Virus record (IMG/VR): IMGVR_UViG_3300026088_000018
Coordinates: 3,817-67,816 of that record
DNA from: a virus
Direction: 5' to 3' (one strand)
Length of the DNA stretch: 64,000 nucleotides
A model generated the notes under the pieces. The model worked only from the letters and a program-made list of their open reading frames with translations. It was not told the DNA's origin and made no database searches. A program made the translations under genes and the position numbers. Positions 9,415-18,968 of this stretch are shown piece by piece; position 1 is the first letter of the stretch, and each line of letters starts with the position of its first letter.

Positions 9415-9606
9415 TCAATCGCCGTCGCTGAACGGAACGAGCCGGCTGAACACCGGCATCACCACCCCGTCGCTCGCCGCGGCCCACTGGCACGCCAGAA
9501 GCTCAGCAACAAGAGGGCGGTCGGCGGCGATCAGGTACTTGCGGATCTCGTCCATACGGGGCGGGCGTCTCAGCGCCACGCCTACGTGGACCTCGTAGAC
9601 GCCCAT
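9415..9606 (-). CDS. hypothetical protein
   Basis: ATG overlaps upstream stop; operon orientation. Confidence 0.55.
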   Translation of the reverse strand: MGVYEVHVGVALRRPPRMDEIRKYLIAADRPLVAELLACQWAAASDGVVMPVFSRLVPFSDGD

Positions 9607-9878
9607 CAGGCCGGCACGTCGCAACGACCCGGATGACCCAACGGCTGCTTGCAATCATCGCTACACGCCGGGCTCACACCGTCACGTGCCAGCAGCGGCC
9701 GGACGTCACGGTGGGCCGCATAGAGGTGCGCAAGGTCGGTACGTAGACACACCGCGCGACCTGCACGGACGTCATCGGCCCCGAAGACGCACTCGGCCAC
9801 CTCGATGACAACGGGTATGGAGTCCTGGCCGGCAGGGCCCCTGATCAGGCCGCCGCGGGCGAAGTCTTTCGAGGTCAT
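9606..9878 (-). CDS. hypothetical protein with tape-measure-like FAxGG motif
   Basis: MTSKDFARGGLIRGPAGQDSIP; GAGGA RBS. Confidence 0.6.
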   Translation of the reverse strand: MTSKDFARGGLIRGPAGQDSIPVVIEVAECVFGADDVRAGRAVCLRTDLAHLYAAHRDVRPLLARDGVSPACSDDCKQPLGHPGRCDVPA

Positions 9879-9936
9879 GTTGGCACATCCTCAGCTCCAC
9901 CTAGCCGGCCCTGGACTTTGGGCACCAGTGGACTGC

Positions 9937-10689
9937 TCACGCCGCTTCTCCGTTCGAGTCCAGCTCATCATGCTCCGCGGCCTCAGCAGCGAGGTCGTCC
10001 CGCCACGTGTGCTGTCCGCAGTTTCTACACCAAAGGCACCGAATTACCCCCGTCTCGCCGCGTTCCACCCACATCGCCGGCTGCCGGGTCTCGTGCGGCT
10101 CCTCAACAGCCGGCACCCAGCGCACCTGATCCGGCCTACCCGGCTCCGGATCGGGCACCGACACCACCCACCGCTCCCCACAGTGCCGGCAGCTCACGCC
10201 GACGATGCCGCGGCCGGCCGACTCCGGCGGGGACAACATCCCCTCAATGCGGATCTTCCACCTGCGGCAGTTCCGCTCCACCGCCACCGCCATCAGGTCC
10301 CGGTCCGTCCGCCCCGCGATCGCCGCAGCCACCGCCCGCAACAGCAGCCCGGTCATCGGCGGAGAATCCGGGTCCGTGTCGGTCGGGCCGTTGCGGTACC
10401 GGCGGCGGTCCAACCCCAGCACCGCAGCCCACGCCCCCACACTGGCCAGGATCTCCGTCCACAAATCCAACGCACCCTGATCCAACGGAGCCCGCGTCCC
10501 CGGAGACGTCCGACCCCCCACCCCACCACTCGACGAGGCGATCGCCTCCTCCAACTGACGAAGCAGACACGGAGCCCGAACACAGTACGACACAGGTCCG
10601 ACATCAATTCGCATCTGCGGACGCCGAAGCAGCGCCCCCACCGCCCTATGCAGCAACTCGAACTCAGACATCCGAACCCCCATCCGCAC
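9937..10689 (-). CDS. Zn-finger hypothetical protein (possible late transcription regulator)
   Basis: Two CxxC motifs (CRHC, CRNC); lies near the end of the early operon. Confidence 0.6.
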   Translation of the reverse strand: MRMGVRMSEFELLHRAVGALLRRPQMRIDVGPVSYCVRAPCLLRQLEEAIASSSGGVGGRTSPGTRAPLDQGALDLWTEILASVGAWAAVLGLDRRRYRNGPTDTDPDSPPMTGLLLRAVAAAIAGRTDRDLMAVAVERNCRRWKIRIEGMLSPPESAGRGIVGVSCRHCGERWVVSVPDPEPGRPDQVRWVPAVEEPHETRQPAMWVERGETGVIRCLWCRNCGQHTWRDDLAAEAAEHDELDSNGEAA

Positions 10690-10791
10690 TGGTCAGCTAT
10701 CCTGCGGTCGAGATCCAATGCGTTTGGGTGCGCGTCGGTATCCTCGTCACCGGCCCTCAGGTCTTCGACTACCTGAGGGCCGCAACCTTTC

Positions 10792-11043
10792 CTAAGATCC
10801 TTTTTCTTGGCGCCCTTCGGGCTTACCGCCTACGGCGGAGAGGTCGGGCTCACCGTCCGGCGCCAATCCCCACGACTCCAACAGCTCCAACACCGCAGTA
10901 GCGGCCGCAGTGGTGATGGCGTTGCTGTCAGCGGATGAAACTCCGCGCCGCTGGGCCTCGGCCAAGCCGGCCAGATATGCCTGGATGTAGACCATGCGGC
11001 GGGCGGTCGGACGAAGTCCGTACCGGTCGTGATACTCGGTCAC
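10792..11043 (-). CDS. hypothetical protein
   Basis: 4-bp overlap with upstream gene. Confidence 0.5.
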   Translation of the reverse strand: MTEYHDRYGLRPTARRMVYIQAYLAGLAEAQRRGVSSADSNAITTAAATAVLELLESWGLAPDGEPDLSAVGGKPEGRQEKGS

Positions 11044-11237
11044 CGCGAGCCGCCCATCTTTGCGAAGACCATCGAGATCATGTGGTTGTGCAGCTCCATT
11101 GCCATCTCCTCAGCCGCAGGCTCCGACCAGCCATCGCGACGCAGCTGCTCTCGGTAGCCCTGAGCAGCCTCTTTAACCGGGGCGATCTGCTCCAACATCA
11201 ACGCCAAGCCGGCGGCGAACTCGTCACTGACGCTCAA
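11040..11237 (-). CDS. hypothetical protein
   Basis: Coupled overlaps on both sides. Confidence 0.6.
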   Translation of the reverse strand: MSVSDEFAAGLALMLEQIAPVKEAAQGYREQLRRDGWSEPAAEEMAMELHNHMISMVFAKMGGSR

Positions 11238-11545
11238 CTGAACTCACCGGCGTAGAACCGGAACCCCTCCGGATCGCGCCACGCGACGGGGCCCTCGTCG
11301 ACCCGGTGGCCGTACTCGTCCCACAACTCACCGGGCCGGTCGGTCAGTACACGGATCCAGTCGACCCGGGACAGAACCGGCTCACCGAACGGGGACTCGT
11401 GCTCGTATCCCCAGTCCGGGTGCTCGGCGTCGAGGAGCACATGCCGGTAGCCGCGGAAGATGCCGGCACCCTTGCCGATGTGGATCTCGTCGTACCGGCC
11501 ACACGGGACGCAGATCCGGTCCCGCCAGAAGTAGTTCGTCCCCAT
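11234..11545 (-). CDS. hypothetical protein (MGTNYF...CxxC)
   Basis: MGTNY...C..CG...IHIGK...GEFS pattern seen in small phage proteins. Confidence 0.65.
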   Translation of the reverse strand: MGTNYFWRDRICVPCGRYDEIHIGKGAGIFRGYRHVLLDAEHPDWGYEHESPFGEPVLSRVDWIRVLTDRPGELWDEYGHRVDEGPVAWRDPEGFRFYAGEFS

Positions 11546-11663
11546 CAGCCGATCACGCTCCAGGTGACGAAGGCGCCAGCCACAGCGCCGAGCAGCCCAG
11601 CGACACCGAGCATGAGAACCAGGACGAGACACTGGTAGCCGTCTTCGAGACGGCGACGGAAGC

Positions 11664-12125
11664 TCACCGGTCCACCTCCTTGACCGGCCAGGGCCGGACA
11701 TCACACAGCTCCGTATGGCCCAGATCCAGGACACACCGGACACCAGCCGAGGACACCGCCTCGCACTGCGGGCCCAGCGACTCCAACATCGCGTCGACCA
11801 GGTCAACGGCGCGGGTGGCCACCGCGCGACGCCGCTCGGCGGGGGTGAAGGCGGTCACCGGGCCTCCCACCGAAGACCTCCCCTGCTCCACGAACAGATC
11901 CGGAGCATGGAACGCCAACGCCTCCACCGCCTGATCGGCCAACTCGCTGGCCTTCCAGTGCCGCATGATCCCGTTGACGCCGGCGAGGTGACCGGCCACC
12001 GCGTCGACCGCCTCGGACCAACGGCACGCGACGAGGAGGAAGTCGCCCCCCGGCAGCTCCACGGAGCGGCTCGCGCCGTCACGCTCCATCGTGATACGGA
12101 TCATGGCCATCACTCCACCGTCCAT
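11664..12125 (-). CDS. hypothetical protein
   Basis: Operon orientation, GC-rich third positions. Confidence 0.55.
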   Translation of the reverse strand: MDGGVMAMIRITMERDGASRSVELPGGDFLLVACRWSEAVDAVAGHLAGVNGIMRHWKASELADQAVEALAFHAPDLFVEQGRSSVGGPVTAFTPAERRRAVATRAVDLVDAMLESLGPQCEAVSSAGVRCVLDLGHTELCDVRPWPVKEVDR

Positions 12126-12201
12126 GCCGGATCGAACCCAGGACGATCACTCACCGCTACTCCTTCGGCGTTCTCGCCCGTGAATCCGGATAGATTGATC
12201 T

Positions 12202-12561
12202 TCATTCGTCACACTGCGTACGCAACGCCGCTGCCTCGATCCTCGCCACCAGATTCGGCAACCCATCCCGGATCACAGCAGCCCGAAGATCGTGGTAACG
12301 CTGCCGGAGCAGCGCCGTTTCGTACTCCTTAGTGCCCTTTCGGATGTCGCTGCGCTCCCCCGCCTGCGGCGGAGCGGTCGAGGTCATCTCCACAGGCTCA
12401 AGGTCCGACTCGTCCACCCGATCCAGGTCGTACACCGTCGCCGAGCAGGACTTCGGGAACCGGCAGCACCGCGGGTCGTAGCCGCAGGTCCACGCCTCAG
12501 GCCATCGCTCGACGCACGCCCGCAACCGCCGAGAGCCATCGAACGGGGACAACTCACCCAT
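12202..12561 (-). CDS. hypothetical protein (Cys-rich)
   Basis: MGELSPF...YDPRCCRFPKSC; 8-bp overlap with upstream gene. Confidence 0.55.
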   Translation of the reverse strand: MGELSPFDGSRRLRACVERWPEAWTCGYDPRCCRFPKSCSATVYDLDRVDESDLEPVEMTSTAPPQAGERSDIRKGTKEYETALLRQRYHDLRAAVIRDGLPNLVARIEAAALRTQCDE

Positions 12562-13030
12562 CGGTGCCGCCCCTCTGTGGTGGTTCGTGGACCGCGTCGA
12601 AGTCGATCGGCTCGTGCCCACCCAACCCGGGTGCCACAGCGTCGGCCCAGCCCCGCCACACGTCCCGGTACGCGCCGTGGGTGCCCTCGTACCAGCAGGC
12701 CAGCACCACCTCGTGCCGGGTGAGGTCGTACTCGTCGGCGACGATGGCGAGCGGCTCACCGGCCCGGACCATGCCGGCGATGCCCTCGGTGGTGAGTCCC
12801 CGGATGTGAGGGCGACCGGCCTTCTTGGCGGGGTCGACCGTCACGACGGGTCGGCCGGGTTGCCCGTCGAACCGGCACACGGTGTGGCCGGTGCCGGCAG
12901 TGTGCGCCACCGCCCAGGCGTCCCGCTTCTGCACGTCCCGGGTGGATGTGGGTGCGAGCGGGCGGCACTGCTCGCAGATCGCGAGGTGCCAGCCAGGGCG
13001 CACCCACGGCGAGGCGGTGGGCTCAGTCAT
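12554..13030 (-). CDS. DUF433-like HTH protein
   Basis: VDPAKKAGRPHIRG...AGEPLAIVADEYDLTRHEV..A..YE matches DUF433 pattern. Confidence 0.7.
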   Translation of the reverse strand: MTEPTASPWVRPGWHLAICEQCRPLAPTSTRDVQKRDAWAVAHTAGTGHTVCRFDGQPGRPVVTVDPAKKAGRPHIRGLTTEGIAGMVRAGEPLAIVADEYDLTRHEVVLACWYEGTHGAYRDVWRGWADAVAPGLGGHEPIDFDAVHEPPQRGGTDG

Positions 13031-13280
13031 TCGGCTTCTCCCCGGGGCAACCTAGGCACACCGCACGCAACCGCACAGCCTCGGCCTGGGCTCCTCGCCT
13101 GGTCCAGAACCCGGCTATGAACGAGGTGTACGGGCCACCCCGGAGATCACCAACAAGGTAGATGCGCCAACGATGGCGAAGCCGGCCCGGGAACGGACCG
13201 CGAGCCTCAATCACAAACGGTGTGCCCATCGTCCGGTCCGGCTTCCCCCAGTTGTCGATGGCGCTCTGCGGCGTTCTCAC
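13023..13280 (-). CDS. hypothetical protein
   Basis: Coupled overlaps. Confidence 0.5.
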   Translation of the reverse strand: MRTPQSAIDNWGKPDRTMGTPFVIEARGPFPGRLRHRWRIYLVGDLRGGPYTSFIAGFWTRRGAQAEAVRLRAVCLGCPGEKPND

Positions 13281-13492
13281 GGATTCTCCCCGGGGTCCGG
13301 GAGCATCGACGCCACGTGGTCAACCCAGCCATGACCCTTCCCGCAGACATGACCATCCGGATAGACCCACCGGCAGCGTGACTGCTCAGCGGTACGGCGG
13401 ACGCCGCCAGAGGGGTAGCGCGGCTGCTCGGCGGCCAGAAGGACACCGGAGATCGGGGTCGGATCCCAGGTGTGAAAGTTGGGGTTACGCAT
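13277..13492 (-). CDS. hypothetical protein
   Basis: GAGGAG RBS; 4-bp overlap. Confidence 0.5.
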   Translation of the reverse strand: MRNPNFHTWDPTPISGVLLAAEQPRYPSGGVRRTAEQSRCRWVYPDGHVCGKGHGWVDHVASMLPDPGENP

Positions 13493-13587
13493 CGGGCTTC
13501 TCCTCGGGGTCCGGCCAGTAGCCGAAGATCAGATCGAATCCGTCGCAGATGCCGCGCAGAATGTCGTCGATCATCTCGCTAATCAGC

Positions 13588-14076
13588 TCAAGCACCCGGC
13601 TTCTCCTCGGGGTCTACGGCCACCGGGACGTGCTGGTGATCGGGCATCGCGACGTGGCCGCGGTTGTGCCGCCGCCAGTCGCGCATCTCGGCGATCGCCT
13701 TCTCGACCTCAAGGGCCTGCGGGCCGAGCCCATGCTTGAAGCACAGGTCGCGGTACGCGTAAATCGCGGCGACCGCCAGCTTGTCCTTTGCCTTGATCGT
13801 GAAGACGGGCATCGGATCTATGGCCACCGGCTCGTACGTCGCCTCGAACACCTCGGCCTTGCACGGGTAGAACCCGCGGCTGTCCCGGATGATCCATTCA
13901 CCGGTCTCCAGGTCGAGCCACGCTTCGTTCGCCGCGACGTACAGCCGCAGCGGGTTCGCCTCGGTCGGCCCGTACACGTTGGCGGCGCCCGCCCAGTCCC
14001 ACAGGTCGGCGATGTTGTCGCCGTCCCACTGCATCGCCTCGATGACGATCGGCCGCTTACGGTAGGTCAGGGGCAT
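13588..14076 (-). CDS. conserved phage protein (YRKRPIVIEAMQW...GFYPCK..VF..TYE family)
   Basis: Recognisable widespread phage family motif; AAGGAGG RBS. Confidence 0.8.
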   Translation of the reverse strand: MPLTYRKRPIVIEAMQWDGDNIADLWDWAGAANVYGPTEANPLRLYVAANEAWLDLETGEWIIRDSRGFYPCKAEVFEATYEPVAIDPMPVFTIKAKDKLAVAAIYAYRDLCFKHGLGPQALEVEKAIAEMRDWRRHNRGHVAMPDHQHVPVAVDPEEKPGA

Positions 14077-14360
14077 CGGTCAGTCCTCCTTCGGTTGCGG
14101 GTCTACGGCCACCCGACTCACTGTGGGCGGGTACTCGGGCACCTTGGCCAGGTCCGCACGCGTCTGATCGGCCACCAACTGAGCGCTTCAGCACGGGCGT
14201 CGGTCACCCCAGCCCCCGCGCCCGGTCCCGTTCGATAACCTCGCCGAGTCCACTACAACCGTCCAGGTGCGAAGTACCGATCGGGGCCTTGCACTCCCCG
14301 CACCAGGGCGGCAGCGGAGGGTCCTGGCCTGGCACGTAGTCCCAGTTGTCGTCGCGCTCG

Positions 14361-14717
14361 TCAGCCACGGTTTTCCTCCCCGATGCGGTTTTGAAGATCT
14401 TCTTTTGGTGGCGCCTCCGGCGCTCCGGCTGACGCCGGGGTGGACAAGGTCAACACGAGTCGGAGACCAAGCGCGCGAGCCCACCTCTGCAAGCTGTCCA
14501 GGCGTGGATCAACGCGGTGGTTCTCGAAATCACTGATCGCGGACTGGGTGGTTCCCGTCCGCCGCGCCACTTCGGCCTGCGACAAGGCCAGCTCTGTTCG
14601 GCGCCACGTCAGCGCGACGATCAGCTCGTCGCGATCAGCCTTAAGGTCAGCCCGCAGGGTTGCCAGGGCGGCATCGAAAGCGGCGAACTCCTCCGGGGTT
14701 GGGCGGTCGTCACACAT
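14361..14717 (-). CDS. XRE-family HTH protein
   Basis: LSQAEVARRTGTTQSAISDFEN..DPRLDSLQRWARALG. Confidence 0.85.
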   Translation of the reverse strand: MCDDRPTPEEFAAFDAALATLRADLKADRDELIVALTWRRTELALSQAEVARRTGTTQSAISDFENHRVDPRLDSLQRWARALGLRLVLTLSTPASAGAPEAPPKEDLQNRIGEENRG

Positions 14718-15005
14718 TTAGTCCCGCCGATCGCACGCGATGACCAGTTCGGGCCAGCGCCCCGCCTCGTCCGGCACAACGTCGACCGGCACCCCGAACA
14801 GCCGTTCCGGGTCCCCGGGCTGCGTCGGCCCGGGGACCGCCTTGCGGTGCCACCGGCGGATCAGATCCCAGTCCGAGCGGGCGATCCGCCACCGTGGAGA
14901 CAGTCCCAGCGACCTGACCAGTTCCCGGTCGACAGCGCAGAGCAGGCGCCACAGCCAGTCAACGGACGGCTCCGTACCCGGGAGAACGCCCGCCGGTGCG
15001 CTCAC
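14718..15005 (-). CDS. hypothetical protein
   Basis: GTGA coupled start. Confidence 0.5.
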   Translation of the reverse strand: MSAPAGVLPGTEPSVDWLWRLLCAVDRELVRSLGLSPRWRIARSDWDLIRRWHRKAVPGPTQPGDPERLFGVPVDVVPDEAGRWPELVIACDRRD

Positions 15006-15280
15006 TGGTCGGTCCCCCGCTCCGTCAACGCGTCGGCGATCTTCTGAATCTTCTGCGCCTGCTCGTCGCTCACCTGGACCGTCACGCAGCCACCCGGGCC
15101 TCCCGCGCACCGGCAGGCACACGGATTCGCGGCCTGCTGTTCGACGGTCAGCGGCCACGTCAGGCCCTTGTACTCGACGTCCTCCCGACCCATCCAGGTG
15201 TGCGCCTCGGGTGGGTCGAAATGGTGGCCGAACTGGCACGGCTCACAGCGGGCGTACTGGATGCGCATGCTGGTGCTCAC
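15002..15280 (-). CDS. hypothetical protein (Cys/His-rich)
   Basis: GTGA coupled start, GGAGGG RBS. Confidence 0.55.
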   Translation of the reverse strand: MSTSMRIQYARCEPCQFGHHFDPPEAHTWMGREDVEYKGLTWPLTVEQQAANPCACRCAGGPGGCVTVQVSDEQAQKIQKIADALTERGTDQ

Positions 15281-15555
15281 CGGTCGGTCCCTCCCATCAG
15301 GGCAAGGGCAACCACACCGACCAGCGCGATCATTGGGATGGCCAGGTAAAGCCCCAGGCCGAGGACGATGGTCAGCCGCTCCTTCACCGGTCGGTCCCCC
15401 GCTCCAGCCGGGCGTTGCGCAGGATCTTGGCGAACTCGCTGGCCCACAGCGCGACCGCGAGCACGTAGGCCCGCTCGAACGTTGCGAAGGTCCGGTCGAT
15501 CTCCGACTGGGCACAGCCGCCCGCCCAGTGGTACTTGCCGCAGGCCATGCACCAA

Positions 15556-15855
15556 CTAGCCACGATTGGCCCCCCGCTCCAGCTCGTCGGCGCGCCGCTC
15601 GACGATCCCGGCCGCCACGTCGAGCGGCACGTCGGTAGCGACGCGGGCACGCGGGGCGGAGATGTGGCTGCGTATCTCGTCGGCGGCCTGGCGCAGGGCC
15701 TGTGCGGCGATCAGCGGGGCAACCGCCCGGAGTCCAACCACCAGGCAGCATTGGTCATAGTCGGCCTGGCCGGACGGGTGGTCGAGGCGGCCATGCTCGA
15801 AGTCCGCGCGGACTGCCGCAGTCACGATCTCGTCGGTGATCTCGATGTCAGGCAT
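15556..15855 (-). CDS. hypothetical protein
   Basis: MPDIEITDE...; 8-bp overlap. Confidence 0.55.
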   Translation of the reverse strand: MPDIEITDEIVTAAVRADFEHGRLDHPSGQADYDQCCLVVGLRAVAPLIAAQALRQAADEIRSHISAPRARVATDVPLDVAAGIVERRADELERGANRG

Positions 15856-16502
15856 GGTCCACCTCGAACGGCTCCGCGGACGTATCGAACAGCGAGTCGG
15901 GCCAGTAGTCCGTCTGGACGTACTGCCCGACCACCGCACCGGCCGGGTTGGACAGGGTGATGACCTGCCGAACGTGCTCCCGGGGTTCGTCGTGGAGCAC
16001 CTGCCCGGGTGCCCGCTCGGTGCGGATCTCGATCCGGCCACCACACGGCAGCGGCTGGACGAACACCCTCGGCGGGTAGGGGAACCCGTCGGAGACCACC
16101 GTTCCGACCGCCAGGATCGCCGCTACGGGCTCGGTGGGGTCAGGCACGGGTACTTGGGTAGGCATGCCGGGAGAATCGATTTCAGGGGCTTCTTCGGTTG
16201 TCGCCTCCGGCTCCCCGGCTACGCCGGAGTGGTCAGGCCCGTCGGCCGGCGCGTACACCACGCCGCACAACGTCACGGGCTGTCGCCGGGCAACGGCGCG
16301 CTCCAGATCGATCGCTACCATGCCGGCCGGCCAGCCATCGACAACGGCCCGGTCCACACGCACACCACCCGTGGATGGCGGTGACGGAGGCGCGACCGAC
16401 GGACGAGGTGGTGGCTGGACCGATCCGGGAGCTCTCATCTGCCCGCCCCTCGGGACGTCCGGCGCAGCCGGAGCGGCGGAGCCGCCATCCAAATCGCTCA
16501 TG
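15848..16502 (-). CDS. hypothetical Pro-rich protein
   Basis: MSDLDGG...; operon orientation. Confidence 0.5.
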
Positions 16503-16514
16503 ATCCTTCGCCTT

Positions 16515-16904
16515 TCAGCCAGTCCACGAACTCGACCCAAGCCCCGGCCTCGAACTCCAACATTCCCAGGTCCATTCGCCGATCGGGTCGCCGGCGTTCC
16601 AGTCCTCGACCAGTGCCCGTGCTGCGACGTCCGCTTCCGCCGGGGCAATGTTGATCATCCGTCGTAGCAGCGCAAGCACGCCGTAGTGCCCTACGAGCCG
16701 GCCGACGAGGAGCCCGTATTCGCGCGCCGCCCGCCGGTAGTCGACGCTGCCCCGGTCCGAGCGCAGGTAGTGGTGGTCCCCGGCGCGGGCGATGTCGGAC
16801 TGGACCAGGCCCGCCAGGTAGCGGGCCAGCTTGTCGGCGACGTCCGGGTCTTCACTGCTCGGGTAGGGGGCGACTTGTTCGAGGTAGGACTGTTCGTTGC
16901 TCAT
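16515..16904 (-). CDS. hypothetical protein
   Basis: MSNEQSYLEQ with AAGGAGGAG RBS and ATGA overlap. Confidence 0.6.
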   Translation of the reverse strand: MSNEQSYLEQVAPYPSSEDPDVADKLARYLAGLVQSDIARAGDHHYLRSDRGSVDYRRAAREYGLLVGRLVGHYGVLALLRRMINIAPAEADVAARALVEDWNAGDPIGEWTWECWSSRPGLGSSSWTG

Positions 16905-17191
16905 GTCTCTCCTCCTTGGTGATCTTTCGTAGTTCGATCTATGGCTTCCCTGACAAGAGCGGCACCGGCCTGGATCACTTCCGGTGGCTGCTCGACGATG
17001 TCCCGCCACGCTGGTGGCGGCCGGTCGCCGGGGTATCTCGGGCATTCGTGGACCCGTAGGAGCCGGATGTCGTCGGGTGTGGTGGCGAAGGCGACCCATT
17101 GGCCGGTGCGGGCCGAGTACAGCCAGGCCAGTGGGCGTGAGCATCGGAAGCAGCCGGCGATTTCGGGTGGGTCATCGATCGTCAGGCTCAT
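16901..17191 (-). CDS. hypothetical protein (CxxC)
   Basis: MSLTIDDPP..CFRC; GGAGG RBS. Confidence 0.55.
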   Translation of the reverse strand: MSLTIDDPPEIAGCFRCSRPLAWLYSARTGQWVAFATTPDDIRLLRVHECPRYPGDRPPPAWRDIVEQPPEVIQAGAALVREAIDRTTKDHQGGET

Positions 17192-17389
17192 CGCCGGCCC
17201 CCTCCGTGGTTCGGCCGTTGACCTCGGCCCGGCAGACCCCGCACAGGTCGACCGGGCGGCGCCAGTTCGGGCAGTCGGCGGAATGTCCGTTGCGGCGGCT
17301 GCGTCGGAGCGCCCGCGATGCGGGATCGTCGATCTTCTCCGCCAGGTGGACGGCGAGCGCGGCGAGGTCAACGCGGCGGCGGGGCTCGA

Positions 17390-18217
17390 TCACGCGACGC
17401 GCTCCTCTCGCAGGGGGTGGCAGTTCGGGCAGCGGACGAGCCGGTTGGGGTTGTCCCGTTCGACGAGCCGGTTGGGTCCGCACTGGCCGCAGGCCGGCTC
17501 GGGCTCGGGTCTCGGCGGCGGATGCCGTTCGGCCAGCAGCGTGGCGAGGTCTTCATGGGACATCCCCCGGACGTAGCCGGCGATCCGCCGCGGGGCGTGC
17601 CGCGCTTGCACTTGATCGACAATCCATCGGGCGTCGTCGTCGTCGCACCCGAGCCTGTCGACAACGAACCGGACCGTGCCGTCGCGCGCCCCCGATGATG
17701 ACGGTTTAGTACTTGGTTCAAGGACGGTTTGTAGGAAGCCCACTTCCGGTCCCTCGGGAAGCCCACTTCCGGTCCCTCGGACGCTGGACTTCCGGCCGGA
17801 AGTGGGCTTCCGTGCGGAACCGTGGTTCCTGGCCAACCCCTCCCCGGTGGAGTCGTCCGTGGCGCTGACCTGCGATTTTTCCGTAGATCCACGGTCATCG
17901 TTGCCGCTCCCGGTTCGAGCGGAAGCACACTTCCGGTCCAGTCGCAGATCCCACACAATGGGTCGCTCGTCCGCTGCAATGTGTTGCACCAGCTTCTGGT
18001 TGCCGCGGGCAATCAGACCGTCCGCTTCGAGCTGGGCCAAGTCGTTCCGGACCCCCCGTGGGGTCTTGCGGGTGTACCGGGCGAGCGTCGCCTGCGACGG
18101 ATAGGCGCCGCGGCCATCGCCGTCGGCGTGGTTGGCCAAGCCGATCAGCGTGGCCACGAGGTGCGGCCGGACGTCGACCGCCTCCTCCAGCACCCATGTG
18201 ATCGCCTGAACGCTCAC
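17390..18217 (-). CDS. Replication initiator (lambda O-like, N-terminal winged HTH)
   Basis: VSVQAITWV...LIGLANHAD..G..AYPSQATLA HTH_36 pattern; internal iteron repeats; C-terminal CxxC..CxxCH. Confidence 0.8.
   Translation of the reverse strand: MSVQAITWVLEEAVDVRPHLVATLIGLANHADGDGRGAYPSQATLARYTRKTPRGVRNDLAQLEADGLIARGNQKLVQHIAADERPIVWDLRLDRKCASARTGSGNDDRGSTEKSQVSATDDSTGEGLARNHGSARKPTSGRKSSVRGTGSGLPEGPEVGFLQTVLEPSTKPSSSGARDGTVRFVVDRLGCDDDDARWIVDQVQARHAPRRIAGYVRGMSHEDLATLLAERHPPPRPEPEPACGQCGPNRLVERDNPNRLVRCPNCHPLREERVA
17734..17939. repeat. Iterons (putative replication origin) within the initiator gene
   Basis: GGAAGCCCACTTCCGGTCCCTCG tandem at 17734 and 17757, inverted copy at 17796-17811, variants near 17779, 17816 and 17921. 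Confidence 0.8.
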
Positions 18218-18612
18218 GCAGCCTTGCCCTTCCGTTGCTGCTGCCCGGACATCGCCGGATTCCCCACCCCCGGAGCCACCCCGGTCCGCTGCCGCACCTT
18301 CGCCACAGCCCACTCCGAGCACCCCAACGAGTCCGCAATCCGCCGATCCGTCATCCCCGACCGGGCCATCCGCGCGATCAACGGGGCCTTCGCCATCACC
18401 GACCCACGCTCCGCGGTCAGCGTCGCCGCCGCGGCGTGCGCATACAGCCGGCCGTCCACAACCGACCAGGACACCTCGCCGACGATGCGGCAATGTGCCT
18501 CGCGGGCCATCTCGTCCAGCTCCCGGCACGCTTCGGCGCGGAGCATCGACAGCGGCAACTCGGGGCGCAGGATCGGCCACGACGCGCGAAACATCCACCC
18601 CGTGCCTGTCAT
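18214..18612 (-). CDS. HTH DNA-binding protein
   Basis: GMTDRRIADSLGCSEWAVAKVRQR. Confidence 0.7.
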   Translation of the reverse strand: MTGTGWMFRASWPILRPELPLSMLRAEACRELDEMAREAHCRIVGEVSWSVVDGRLYAHAAAATLTAERGSVMAKAPLIARMARSGMTDRRIADSLGCSEWAVAKVRQRTGVAPGVGNPAMSGQQQRKGKAA

Positions 18613-18968
18613 GCCGCGCTCCGCAGCTCATGGCGCCGCTCCGCCCTGGCGGCGCACCGGCGGCATCGCACGTTCACCCGGTTCCGCGGCACGAACTCCT
18701 TCTCACACTCGATGCAGGACCGCACACCCCACCGCGACAGCCGGGCCCGTTCCTCACCCGTCAACCCGCCGTACACACCGAACCGGGACTGGCCGGTACG
18801 CAGCCTGCTCTCGATGCGCAGCGCGAAGGACAGACACTCCTCGGCCACCGGACAACGGCGGCAGAGTTCCCCGATGAACTGCTTGATCTCCGGGCTGTCC
18901 GCCCTCGCGAATGCGAGGTCCGGATCCAGGTCGCGGCATTTCGCCTGCAGGTGCCAGGACTCAGACAC
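18609..18968 (-). CDS. whiB: WhiB-family Fe-S transcription factor
   Basis: W..QAKC..DPD..F, CRRCPV.EECL.FAL, FGVYGGLT..ER; extra C-terminal Zn ribbon. Confidence 0.9.
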   Translation of the reverse strand: MSESWHLQAKCRDLDPDLAFARADSPEIKQFIGELCRRCPVAEECLSFALRIESRLRTGQSRFGVYGGLTGEERARLSRWGVRSCIECEKEFVPRNRVNVRCRRCAARAERRHELRSAA

